Assembly: GCA_963826055.1 (NCBI GenBank)
Contig: CAWGVO010000002.1
Coordinates: forward strand, 28,960-92,959
Source: an uncultured Alphaproteobacteria bacterium
Lineage (GTDB): Bacteria; Pseudomonadota; Alphaproteobacteria; Rhizobiales; Kaistiaceae
Reading direction: 5' to 3'
Length of the DNA stretch: 64,000 bases
A program made the translations under genes and the position numbers. Each line of letters opens with the position of its first letter. Position 1 is the stretch's first letter. Positions 34,711 through 42,652 of this stretch are shown piece by piece. The notes beneath the pieces were generated by a model. The model saw only the letters and a program-made list of their open reading frames with translations. It did no database searches and was not told the DNA's origin.

Positions 34711-35436
34711 ATGGACTGGCGGACGCACGTACGCACGGCGCTTGATGGCGAACATCCTCGGATCGGCCGCAGCGTTGTGCTCGTGCTTTATGGACTCATA
34801 GTCTTTTCGGCAATTTCAATCAGCGTCGAGACGCTGCCACATTTGCCGTCGTGGGCGACGGGGTTTCTGGCCGACGCAGAATTCGCCATCGTGGGCGTGT
34901 TCACGATCGAGTACGTGCTGAGGATCATCACCTCGCAAGACAGACTCGCCTACATCCGCAGCTTCTTTGGCATCGTCGATCTTCTTGCCATCCTGCCGTT
35001 TCTTCTCAGCCTCGGGGTCGATCTGCGCGCCGTGAGAACAATACGGCTGCTTCGGCTTTTCAGGATCCTGAAGATCGCGCGCTACAGCAGGGCGACTCGT
35101 CGCATGGCAACCGCGATCCACTCCGTAAAGGAGGAGCTGATCGTATTTGGCTCATGCGCCGCGTTCGTCCTCTATCTTTGTGCCATTGGCATCTACTATT
35201 TCGAGCATGATGCCCAGCCCGAGGCTTTTTCGTCCGTCTTTGCGTCGATGTGGTGGGCGGCTGTGACTCTGACGACCGTCGGTTACGGCGACGTCTATCC
35301 GGTCACAGTTGGCGGCAGGATTTTCACTGTGATTGTTTTGTTCGTCGCGCTCGGCGTGATCGCCATTCCAACGGGCGTCATCAGTTCGGCGATGGCCCGA
35401 CTGAGGGACGAAGACGAAACGCCGGAGCAACCATGA
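34711..35436 (+). CDS. voltage-gated-type potassium channel (ion transport protein)
   Basis: S4-like RLLRLFRILKIARY segment and selectivity filter TVGYGD. Confidence 0.85.
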   Translation: MDWRTHVRTALDGEHPRIGRSVVLVLYGLIVFSAISISVETLPHLPSWATGFLADAEFAIVGVFTIEYVLRIITSQDRLAYIRSFFGIVDLLAILPFLLSLGVDLRAVRTIRLLRLFRILKIARYSRATRRMATAIHSVKEELIVFGSCAAFVLYLCAIGIYYFEHDAQPEAFSSVFASMWWAAVTLTTVGYGDVYPVTVGGRIFTVIVLFVALGVIAIPTGVISSAMARLRDEDETPEQP

Positions 35437-35649
35437 AATTCGGCATTCGAAGGCCATCTCTCAAACGATCTTTGTTTGCACGAACATCAGTCAGGCGGTT
35501 CGTGCGTCATTCGATTGGCGTCAAAGCACCGCGCGGGGTACGGATGGCTTACAAACCCAAAGAAGGCTGGCTACAATCGGGTGTACAGTCGGACGACGGT
35601 CAGTCTGTGGTCCGTCCCGAAACGCCTCTTCCGGCGCACCGCTGTCTGA
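35433..35649 (+). pseudogene. small basic hypothetical protein, frameshifted as sequenced
   Basis: ATG overlaps the channel stop (ATGA). MKFGIRRPSLKRSLFARTSVRRFVRHSIGVKAPRG, then after removing one G from GGGG (35535-35538), YGWLTNPKKAGYNRVYSRTTVSLWSVPKRLFRRTAV*. The motif family is recalled from memory only. Confidence 0.5.
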
Positions 35650-35667
35650 GCAACCACGCGCCCCGTT

Positions 35668-36840
35668 TCAGTTCACACGGAATTCGGAGCGCATGAGCTC
35701 CACCGTGTACGGGTTCCACGTCGACATCACGTAGTATAGCGAAAGCCGGTCGCCATCGAGCCTGGTGAAACGCTCGATCACGTACGGCGCGTAGGCGCCG
35801 CCGACCACGCCCTCCGGATTGGCCTTGCCCTGTCCGATCACCGGGCCGGCGAGGTTGTCGTTGGCGCGCGGGCGGTGGATGAAGTCGCCGCCGTTGTCGC
35901 GCTGGATGTCGAAGATGACCTGGATGTCGCTCCACGGGCCCCATGGTGCCGACGCGTAACGGAAGACGATGCCTCGCGGGTCGCGGCTGTCGTAGGTCAT
36001 CAGCCACAGGTGCAGGTCCGGGTCCCACGTGACCGAGATATCACCGATCGTCGGGTGATCGACGACCGGCGCCGCATCGGCCTCGCGCTCGCTCCACTTC
36101 GGCGATCCGTCGCTTCCCGGGCCGGCGAAATATTTCGTCCCCTTGCCGCTCTCGAACGTCGCCCTGGGCACGATCGAGAGATAGGCGTCGCTCGACCGAT
36201 AGACCCCCGACGACCAGACCAGAACCCACGGTCCGCCCGCCGGCAGCCCGTCCGGCGTGCCGGGGTCGGCGTGCATGGCGAGTTCGATCACCTTCCCCTC
36301 CGGCAGCTTCGAGATCGTGTGCAGCTTGGTGAAGTGACCGTTGTCGTCGTAGCGGGTGAGGATCGAGATGTCGGTCGGCTTCGTCGTCGAATGATTGGTC
36401 TTGACGACGACGTACATCTTGCCGTCGAGGTCGATGCCGGAATCGGGAACGTCGAAGCCCGCCATGTCGACACCGGGCGGTGCCACCTTCAGAAACGTCC
36501 CGTCCTTCGCGGTCAGGAAGTCGAGGTGCAGGCCCTTTTCGGGGTCGGTGGTGTCGCTATAGGCGACGGCGTCGCCGCCGTGCTTGCCGATGGTGTCGCC
36601 GAACAGGAAGTACACCTTGCCCTGGTGCTCGAACGAGTAGCCGAGGTCGGTGCCTTCGACGCCGTAGCGCGCCTCGCTCTGGTTGGCGGTCTTCGCCTGC
36701 TTCTGCTTGTCGTAGTCGCCGATCAGTTGCTCGAGCTTGGCGGTCGAGCCGGGCACGTAGGTCAGAGTCGCCGCCGCGCCGGCCGGTACCGCCGTCAGTG
36801 CGCTCGCCAGGCACACTCCGCCGACCAGCCCCGTCCGCAT
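35668..36840 (-). CDS. secreted DUF4185-like protein (start 36840 or 36879)
   Basis: Signal peptide MRTGLVGGVCLASALTAVPAGAAA. GTDLGYSFEHQGKVYFLFGDT motif and C-terminal …YYVMSTWNPY are typical of DUF4185. Confidence 0.7.
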   Translation of the reverse strand: MRTGLVGGVCLASALTAVPAGAAATLTYVPGSTAKLEQLIGDYDKQKQAKTANQSEARYGVEGTDLGYSFEHQGKVYFLFGDTIGKHGGDAVAYSDTTDPEKGLHLDFLTAKDGTFLKVAPPGVDMAGFDVPDSGIDLDGKMYVVVKTNHSTTKPTDISILTRYDDNGHFTKLHTISKLPEGKVIELAMHADPGTPDGLPAGGPWVLVWSSGVYRSSDAYLSIVPRATFESGKGTKYFAGPGSDGSPKWSEREADAAPVVDHPTIGDISVTWDPDLHLWLMTYDSRDPRGIVFRYASAPWGPWSDIQVIFDIQRDNGGDFIHRPRANDNLAGPVIGQGKANPEGVVGGAYAPYVIERFTRLDGDRLSLYYVMSTWNPYTVELMRSEFRVN

Positions 36841-37133
36841 TGCCCGTGTTGAACTCGACCGAATGGCAGGGTGCGACATCGTTCCGCAGGCGACTTTAGC
36901 GCTGCGCCCGTGCGGTCGCAATCGCCGCGGCAGGTCCGAGGCCGCGGTGCCGGCTGGCAAACATTAGAAATCTTTAATGGTGCCGGTGGGCAACCATGAG
37001 TCGCGCGCCGCGTTGCTGTTCGAGCGGTGGCTTGGCGGCGGCCTGCCGGCCGCGACCGACAAGTCATGGACGCTCGCGTATCCACTGGCCCCGGCCCTCC
37101 CGCCGGGCCAGTCGACGGAAGGAGCTATTGCCT

Positions 37134-37412
37134 ATGCGTACGTTTGCTTTATCCGCTCTGGCCGCGGCAGCGCTGTCGGTTGCCGTACCGGCCATGTCAC
37201 TCGCCGATATTTCGGCCGACGTCCGACATGATCTCGGGTTCGACGTGACGAGCATACCCAGCAACCCCGTAGCCGTGCGGCAGTTCATGGCGACGTTGCC
37301 GCCGCAGGGGCAGCGGGCGGTCATCGGCGGCTGTCAGAATTATCTGCAGCACCCGCAAGACGTGACCACGCCTGCCACCATCCCGTTCTGTCAGACCCTC
37401 ATCTACGGGTGA
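37134..37412 (+). CDS. small secreted hypothetical protein (paralog 1)
   Basis: GGAAGGAG RBS. Signal peptide MRTFALSALAAAALSVAVPAMSLA. Conserved …QF…L.P….VIGGC.NY..HP.D.T.P.T.PFC shared with 37688..37984. Confidence 0.6.
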   Translation: MRTFALSALAAAALSVAVPAMSLADISADVRHDLGFDVTSIPSNPVAVRQFMATLPPQGQRAVIGGCQNYLQHPQDVTTPATIPFCQTLIYG

Positions 37413-37422
37413 CGGACGCAGT

Positions 37423-37450
37423 CACCGGAGGGGCCCCGGTCCCTCCGGTG
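37423..37450 (+). terminator. GC-rich hairpin after paralog 1 (possible terminator/attenuator)
   Basis: CACCGGAGGG / CCCTCCGGTG 10-bp stem with an 8-nt loop, 11 nt after the stop. No T-run. Confidence 0.35.
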
Positions 37451-37687
37451 CACCGACCGCGCGGTCGAACCGCGACCGAAAGATGGCGGCTTCGCGCACC
37501 CGTCGCCCCGGCAAAATTATTTTTTCTTAATTGGGCGGCGCCGACCGGGGCTCGTAGTTTCCCGCATCGCGTGAGCAATGGCTCGCCGGCGGCCCGCTTC
37601 GGCCCGCCGCGACCCGACGAACCAGGATTGCCCGCGCGCTTCAGCCGGCCCCATCCCTCCCCGGCCGGCGGATCAAGGAGACTACCA

Positions 37688-37984
37688 ATGCGTCGCATGT
37701 TTGCCCCGGCCGCGGTCGCGGCCGTCGCCCTTTCGTTCGCCCTGCCGACACTCGCGTTTGCCGAGCCCGGCGACGACGGATTCGATCTCGGCGTTGCCGT
37801 CGGCAGCGTCAACCACACCGAACAGGGCGTGGCGCAGTTCCTCTCGTCGCTGGCGCCGGAAGCGCGGCAGATGGTGATCGGCGGTTGCGAGAACTACACC
37901 GCCCATCCGGCCGACGCGACCAGCCCCTACACGGTTCCGTTCTGCACGATCGCCGTCACGACGCCGGCGGCGAAGCACGCCTGA
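37688..37984 (+). CDS. small secreted hypothetical protein (paralog 2)
   Basis: AAGGAGA RBS. Signal peptide MRRMFAPAAVAAVALSFALPTLAFA. Same two-Cys motif as 37134..37412. Confidence 0.6.
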   Translation: MRRMFAPAAVAAVALSFALPTLAFAEPGDDGFDLGVAVGSVNHTEQGVAQFLSSLAPEARQMVIGGCENYTAHPADATSPYTVPFCTIAVTTPAAKHA

Positions 37985-38000
37985 ACCGCCCGCGGCACCT

Positions 38001-38023
38001 GTCGGAGGGGCCTCCCCTCCGAC
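38001..38023. terminator. hairpin between convergent genes (possible bidirectional terminator)
   Basis: GTCGGAGGGG / CCCCTCCGAC 10-bp stem with a 3-nt loop, between the stop of 37688..37984 and the stop of the cupin gene. Confidence 0.45.
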
Positions 38024-38031
38024 ATCTCTCT

Positions 38032-38517
38032 TCATCCCTTGTGGATCGGGTCGACCCAGGCGACCGCCTCGGGCTTCTCCACCGGCTCGATGTCCAGGTT
38101 GACCACCACCGCCTCGTTGTCCGAACGCACCAGCACGCACTGCAGCGGCTCGTCGGTCGAAGCGTTGATCTCCTGATGCGGCACGTACGGCGGCACGAAA
38201 ATGAAATCGCCGGGTCCGGCCTCGGCAACGTACTCCAGCTTCTCGCCCCAGCGCATGCGCGCCCGCCCGCTGACCACATAGATGACGCTTTCCAGAGCAC
38301 CGTGATGATGGGCGCCGGTCTTGGCGTTGGGCTGGATGTTGACCGTCCCCGCCCAGATCTTCTGGGCGCCGACGCGGGCGGCGTTGATCGCCGCCTGGCG
38401 GAACATGCCGGGGGTCTGGGCCGTGTTGGGGTCCAGCCTGTCGCCGGGGATGACCCTTACCCCGTGCGACCTTCCAGTCGATGGCGCCGGGTGCCGGCGC
38501 ATCGTCGTGACGGTCAT
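38032..38517 (-). CDS. cupin domain protein
   Basis: G(x)5H.H…E and …P…H motifs (KTGAHHHGALESVIYVVSG…FVPPYVPHQEIN). Confidence 0.75.
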   Translation of the reverse strand: MTVTTMRRHPAPSTGRSHGVRVIPGDRLDPNTAQTPGMFRQAAINAARVGAQKIWAGTVNIQPNAKTGAHHHGALESVIYVVSGRARMRWGEKLEYVAEAGPGDFIFVPPYVPHQEINASTDEPLQCVLVRSDNEAVVVNLDIEPVEKPEAVAWVDPIHKG

Positions 38518-38590
38518 TCATCGCGCACCACCGGTTGCCAACCGCACCGTAGGCGCGAGGATAACAGTTTCCCGGTCGATTGCGAGCCGG

Positions 38591-38812
38591 CTAGGGCTTG
38601 CAGTCGACGATCACGCAGGTCGCCGGCAGCCCGCTGGCGAGTTTGCACTTGGTGACGGCGCGCGCCTCGGCGTTGATGCGCAGGATGGCAAGGGAGACGA
38701 ATTTGGTGCCGCCGGCGTTCTTGGCGGTGCATGTCCAGGCAAGGGCGGGCGACGAGGCAAGGAGCAGGCCGGCGCAGAGCACCAGACCGGCCTTGAGCTT
38801 CAGGCGCTTCAT
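38591..38812 (-). CDS. small secreted Cys-rich hypothetical protein
   Basis: 73-aa C-terminal part of listed ORF 38591..40624. ATG at 38812. Signal peptide MKRLKLKAGLVLCAGLLLASSPALA. The mature ~48 aa carry 4 Cys. Confidence 0.5.
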   Translation of the reverse strand: MKRLKLKAGLVLCAGLLLASSPALAWTCTAKNAGGTKFVSLAILRINAEARAVTKCKLASGLPATCVIVDCKP

Positions 38813-38905
38813 GGAGAACCTCCCGCGATTCGCGAACGCCCATATCATACGCGAACCGCCGTGCGCGCGCTTGATGTGCTCCCGGTGAGGTCGTAAGTAC
38901 GAGCG

Positions 38906-40849
38906 ATGTGCGGGATTGCCGGCGCGATCGATCTCACAGGCCGGCGGTCCTTTCCGCTGGGGCGCGTGCTTGCCATGACCGGGGCGCTCGCGCACCGCGG
39001 CCCCGACGACGAACAGGCGCATCTGGAAGACGGGCTCGCCATGGGCTCGCGGCGGCTGGCGTTCATCGACGTCGCCAACGGCCGCCAGCCGATGACCAAC
39101 GAGACCGGTACCGTCTGGGTCGCCCAGGAGGGCGAACTCTACGAGTACCCGGAGATCAGGCGCGACCTTCTCGCCCGCGGCCATCGCCTGAAGACCCACT
39201 GCGACACCGAGGCCTGGGTCCACCTGTGGGAGGACTTCGGCGAAGACCTCCTTCAGCACACCCGCGGCCAGTATGCGGTGTCGCTGTGGGACCGCGACAG
39301 CCGCACGTTGCTGCTGGCGCGCGACCGCGCCGGCATCGCGCCGCTGTTCTACACGCAGGTCGACGGCTGGTTGCTGTGGGCCTCCGAGATCAAGGCGCTG
39401 TTCGCGAGCGGCCTCGTCACGCCGGCGGCCGACCGGCGCGGCCTCGATTTCTTCTTCAACTTCTTCGCCATCAGCGGCGAGCGCACCTGCTTCGAGGGCG
39501 TGCGTCAGTTGCTGCCCGGCCATTGCCTGCGCGTGCGCGATGGCGCGGTGAGCGTGCGCCGCTACGCCGACGTGGACTACCCGGACGCGGGGGCGGAGCG
39601 GCACGACCTGACGCCGGAGGCGGCCGGCGAAGAGCTGGAAGCGCTGCTGCGCGACGCCATCCGCCGGCGGCTGGTCGGCGAGGCCGAGGTCGGCAGCTAC
39701 ATCAGCGGCGGCCTCGATTCCACCGTGATCCTTGCCCTCGCCTCGCAGGAACATGGCAGGCCGCTCAAGTCCTTCACCGTCAGCCTCGATGGCTCGGGGC
39801 CGGTCGACGAGGGCGCCACCGCGGCTGAATCGGCGGGCATCATCGGCTCGTCTCTCACCACCGTGCGGATGACGCCGGCCGACATCTGCGACGCCTTCCC
39901 GGAGCTGATCGTCGCGGCCGAGTCGCCCGTGCTCGACACCTCGGCGGCGTGCATGATGCGTCTTGCCCAGTCGGTCAGGCCGGCCGGGTGCAAGACGACA
40001 CTCACCGGAGAAGGCGCCGACGAAGCGCTCGCCGGATACCTCTGGTTCAAGGCCGTGCATGCCCGCGCCATTCCCGGCAACCCGATCGAACGGGGTGTGC
40101 GCCAGTTGTTTCTGCGCGGCGAACATCTGCCACCGTACGGCGGCATCGGCGGCATACGGCCGGCCCAGCAGATCACCTACGAAATCATGGCCTCCTCGCG
40201 CGACCGTTTCTTTTCGCCGCAGATGTGGCAGGCGATCGGCGACTATTCGCCCTACGACGAGCTCGGCTTCGACACGGAGCGCATGCGCCGCTGGGACCCG
40301 TTGAACAGGTCGCTCTACGTTGCCAACAAGGTGATGCTCGCCGGCATGCTGCTGTCGGCCAAGGGCGACCGGCCCATCCGCAGCGCCAGCATCGAGGGCC
40401 GCTTTCCCTTCCTCGACGAGCGCGTGGTCGACTTCTGCGCGGCGTTGCCGCCGAACTTCAAGCTTCACGGCGGCACCGACAAATGGCTGTTGCGGACCAT
40501 CGCGGCGCGGACGCTGCCGGCGCCGATCGCGCAGCGGCGCAAGACCATGTTCCGCGCCAACCTCGCATCGCTTTTCCTCGGCGAGGGGCGACCGCCGTGG
40601 GTCGACCAGCTCCTCAGCGAGCAATCGTTGCAGGCCACCGGCTATTTCGATCCCGCCGCCGTCGCCACGCTGCGCGGCCGGCGAAGCCTCGCCCCCTTGA
40701 GCCCGTTCGGCTGGCTTGCGTTGCAGATGGGGCTGACCGGGGTCATCACCACCCAGCTATGGCATCACACCTATCTCGGCGGCGGTCTCGCGGACCTGCC
40801 TGAGTGGCAGGCGCCGGTGGCGGACGAGCGGCTGGTGGCGGCTTCGTGA
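38906..40849 (+). CDS. asnB: asparagine synthase (glutamine-hydrolysing) family protein
   Basis: N-terminal nucleophile MCGIAG (class II amidotransferase) and SGGLDS PP-loop motif. 647 aa. Confidence 0.85.
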   Translation: MCGIAGAIDLTGRRSFPLGRVLAMTGALAHRGPDDEQAHLEDGLAMGSRRLAFIDVANGRQPMTNETGTVWVAQEGELYEYPEIRRDLLARGHRLKTHCDTEAWVHLWEDFGEDLLQHTRGQYAVSLWDRDSRTLLLARDRAGIAPLFYTQVDGWLLWASEIKALFASGLVTPAADRRGLDFFFNFFAISGERTCFEGVRQLLPGHCLRVRDGAVSVRRYADVDYPDAGAERHDLTPEAAGEELEALLRDAIRRRLVGEAEVGSYISGGLDSTVILALASQEHGRPLKSFTVSLDGSGPVDEGATAAESAGIIGSSLTTVRMTPADICDAFPELIVAAESPVLDTSAACMMRLAQSVRPAGCKTTLTGEGADEALAGYLWFKAVHARAIPGNPIERGVRQLFLRGEHLPPYGGIGGIRPAQQITYEIMASSRDRFFSPQMWQAIGDYSPYDELGFDTERMRRWDPLNRSLYVANKVMLAGMLLSAKGDRPIRSASIEGRFPFLDERVVDFCAALPPNFKLHGGTDKWLLRTIAARTLPAPIAQRRKTMFRANLASLFLGEGRPPWVDQLLSEQSLQATGYFDPAAVATLRGRRSLAPLSPFGWLALQMGLTGVITTQLWHHTYLGGGLADLPEWQAPVADERLVAAS

Positions 40850-40860
40850 AGGTCGGTCGC

Positions 40861-41058
40861 CTAGCGGCGGCCCCACAGGGAGACGGTTTCCTGCCCCTCG
40901 CCGGAGCGGCTACGCGGCTGCTTGCCGTCCTTGCGGCCGAAGAAGGCTTCGACCGCGGCGCGCTCGCGCGGCGTGAAGGCCGGCGGAAAGCGCGTCGCCG
41001 GGCAAACGGCCCCGGCGGGAACGCCGAAATGATTCTTTGAGCCGAAGAATGAAAACAT
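40861..41058 (-). CDS. doubtful small ORF
   Basis: 65-aa ORF convergent with asnB. GC3 fairly high but no family, RBS or partner recognised. Confidence 0.2.
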   Translation of the reverse strand: MFSFFGSKNHFGVPAGAVCPATRFPPAFTPRERAAVEAFFGRKDGKQPRSRSGEGQETVSLWGRR

Positions 41059-41148
41059 TCGCTCTTGATCCGATTGTCAAAGAGCAAGTTATCATCAACG
41101 GCCTATAGAACAGTTAAAGTGGAGGCAGGATTCGGTTAAGCATAGCGG

Positions 41149-42056
41149 GTGATGGCGCCGCGGCAGCGCCACGGCGCGCCGGAAAGCCGCGGCTTCATAG
41201 GTGAGCGCCTCGACGGCGACACCGGCCTCATCGACCTGCACGCCCGCTGGTACGACCCGGTCCTGGCGCGCTTCGTCACCCCCGACGACTGGGACCCGAT
41301 CGACCGCAAGGCAGCCTCCGACGCACCCCCGTCGGCGTGCTTGCCTCGGCCGTCGGCACCAACCGCTACGCCTACGCCGCCAACGATCCCGTCAACAAGA
41401 GCGATCCCAATGGGCACCTACTCGACGACGGTTCTCCGGAGAGTGAGTGGGAGGAAATACTGAACGCAATTCAGGCAGAGCTGGATGCCGGGGAAATCTC
41501 AGAGGAAAAAGCAAAGGCTCTAGAGGCTACGGCAACCGGTCGATTGATGGTCTATCAAGCGCGGCAGGAGAACCGAGCGCTCGATTTCGGCATCGCCGCA
41601 GCCATCGCGTCCGCCTTTCAAAAAGGCGCAGAGTCGAAGCTGCAGAAATTCGAAGCGGCCAAATCACCTCGCGCGGCGCGGGACCTGGCCGCAGCTAAAT
41701 CTAGTAACTCAACATTTGTCGATTTGAGCAAGGCCGCGCAAAGGGCGGTTGAATCAGTTGGACCGGGACGCGGCCCAGTGTATGGCACGCGAGTACACTC
41801 CGCCTTGCGCCAAGAGGTGGCAGGGATGGGCGATGCTCGACTGCGTGCTGAGGTGTCTTTTAAGGACGGCGGAGAGGTGCCTTATGGTACTCCTGGAGCG
41901 GTCCGCTTGGACGTCGTGGAGTTTGATGCTGCGGGTCGCATTGTGAGGGTGTATGACCTCAAGACAGGAAGCGCCACGCTCAGTCAGCCCCGTGCGCAGG
42001 CAATTCAAAGCGCCGTGGGCGCCAAAGTGCCCGTTATTGAGCTACGGGGTCAATGA
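41149..42056 (+). CDS. orphan Rhs core 3' fragment fused to a C-terminal toxin domain (one frameshift as sequenced)
   Basis: FIGERLDGDTGLIDLHARWYDPVLARFVTPDDWDP, then (after a C5 run at 41326-41330) VLASAVGTNRYAYAANDPVNKSDPNGH is the canonical Rhs core end. About 210 aa of unrelated, AT-richer sequence follow. Confidence 0.75.
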
Positions 42057-42652
42057 CAAAAATCCAAGTGCCAAAGGTCGTAAATGAAATCGCGGGACAA
42101 CTCCCGGGGTTTGTCTCGGAAGGGCGCTTGATGTTCATGATGCCTCTGGGGCATTCGCTGAAGGGAGTCTACTTCGATCGATCCATCGTAGGGCCCGAGA
42201 TGTGCAACGTGAACGTTTTTGTCCAACCACTGTTTGTACGGGCGGAGAACTTGACGTTTAACCTCGGGTGGAGGCTCGGCGGCGGCACCAAGCTGTGGAA
42301 TCTCGACGCATCGCTGGCAGAACTGATGGACAAGGTGAAGCTGGAAGCCGTACCTTTTCTTGCAAGCGTCATCTCACCTCGTGACCTGGCAAAGGCGGCA
42401 AAACGACTGCATATCACCGAGAATCCCCTAGTTAAGATCTATATTGCCTACGCACTAGTTCGCGACGGAGAGTTCACTGATGCCATTGATGCCCTCGATG
42501 AATTTGTTGCTGTCGAGCCGCATGGTTTTTGGCGGAACGACGCCCTCAGTTTGAAGCGACGGCTGCATCAAGACCCGATCGCAGCCCAAAGCCAATTGGA
42601 TGCGAATGAGATTTACACGGTGGCGGCGCTGAAATTGGACGCATTTGTTTAA
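42053..42652 (+). CDS. putative cognate immunity protein
   Basis: ATG overlaps the toxin stop (ATGA). 199 aa with no signal peptide. Same AT-richer composition as the toxin domain. Position is typical of Rhs immunity genes. Confidence 0.6.
   Translation: MTKIQVPKVVNEIAGQLPGFVSEGRLMFMMPLGHSLKGVYFDRSIVGPEMCNVNVFVQPLFVRAENLTFNLGWRLGGGTKLWNLDASLAELMDKVKLEAVPFLASVISPRDLAKAAKRLHITENPLVKIYIAYALVRDGEFTDAIDALDEFVAVEPHGFWRNDALSLKRRLHQDPIAAQSQLDANEIYTVAALKLDAFV

Noticed and set aside
38591-40849. Asparagine-synthase homologue plus adjacent small peptide considered as a lasso-peptide/RiPP cluster.
   Set aside because: The enzyme keeps the N-terminal MCGIAG glutaminase nucleophile typical of true AsnB-type amidotransferases. 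The small ORF has a Sec signal peptide rather than a RiPP leader and is divergently transcribed. There is no leader peptidase (B protein) or exporter nearby.
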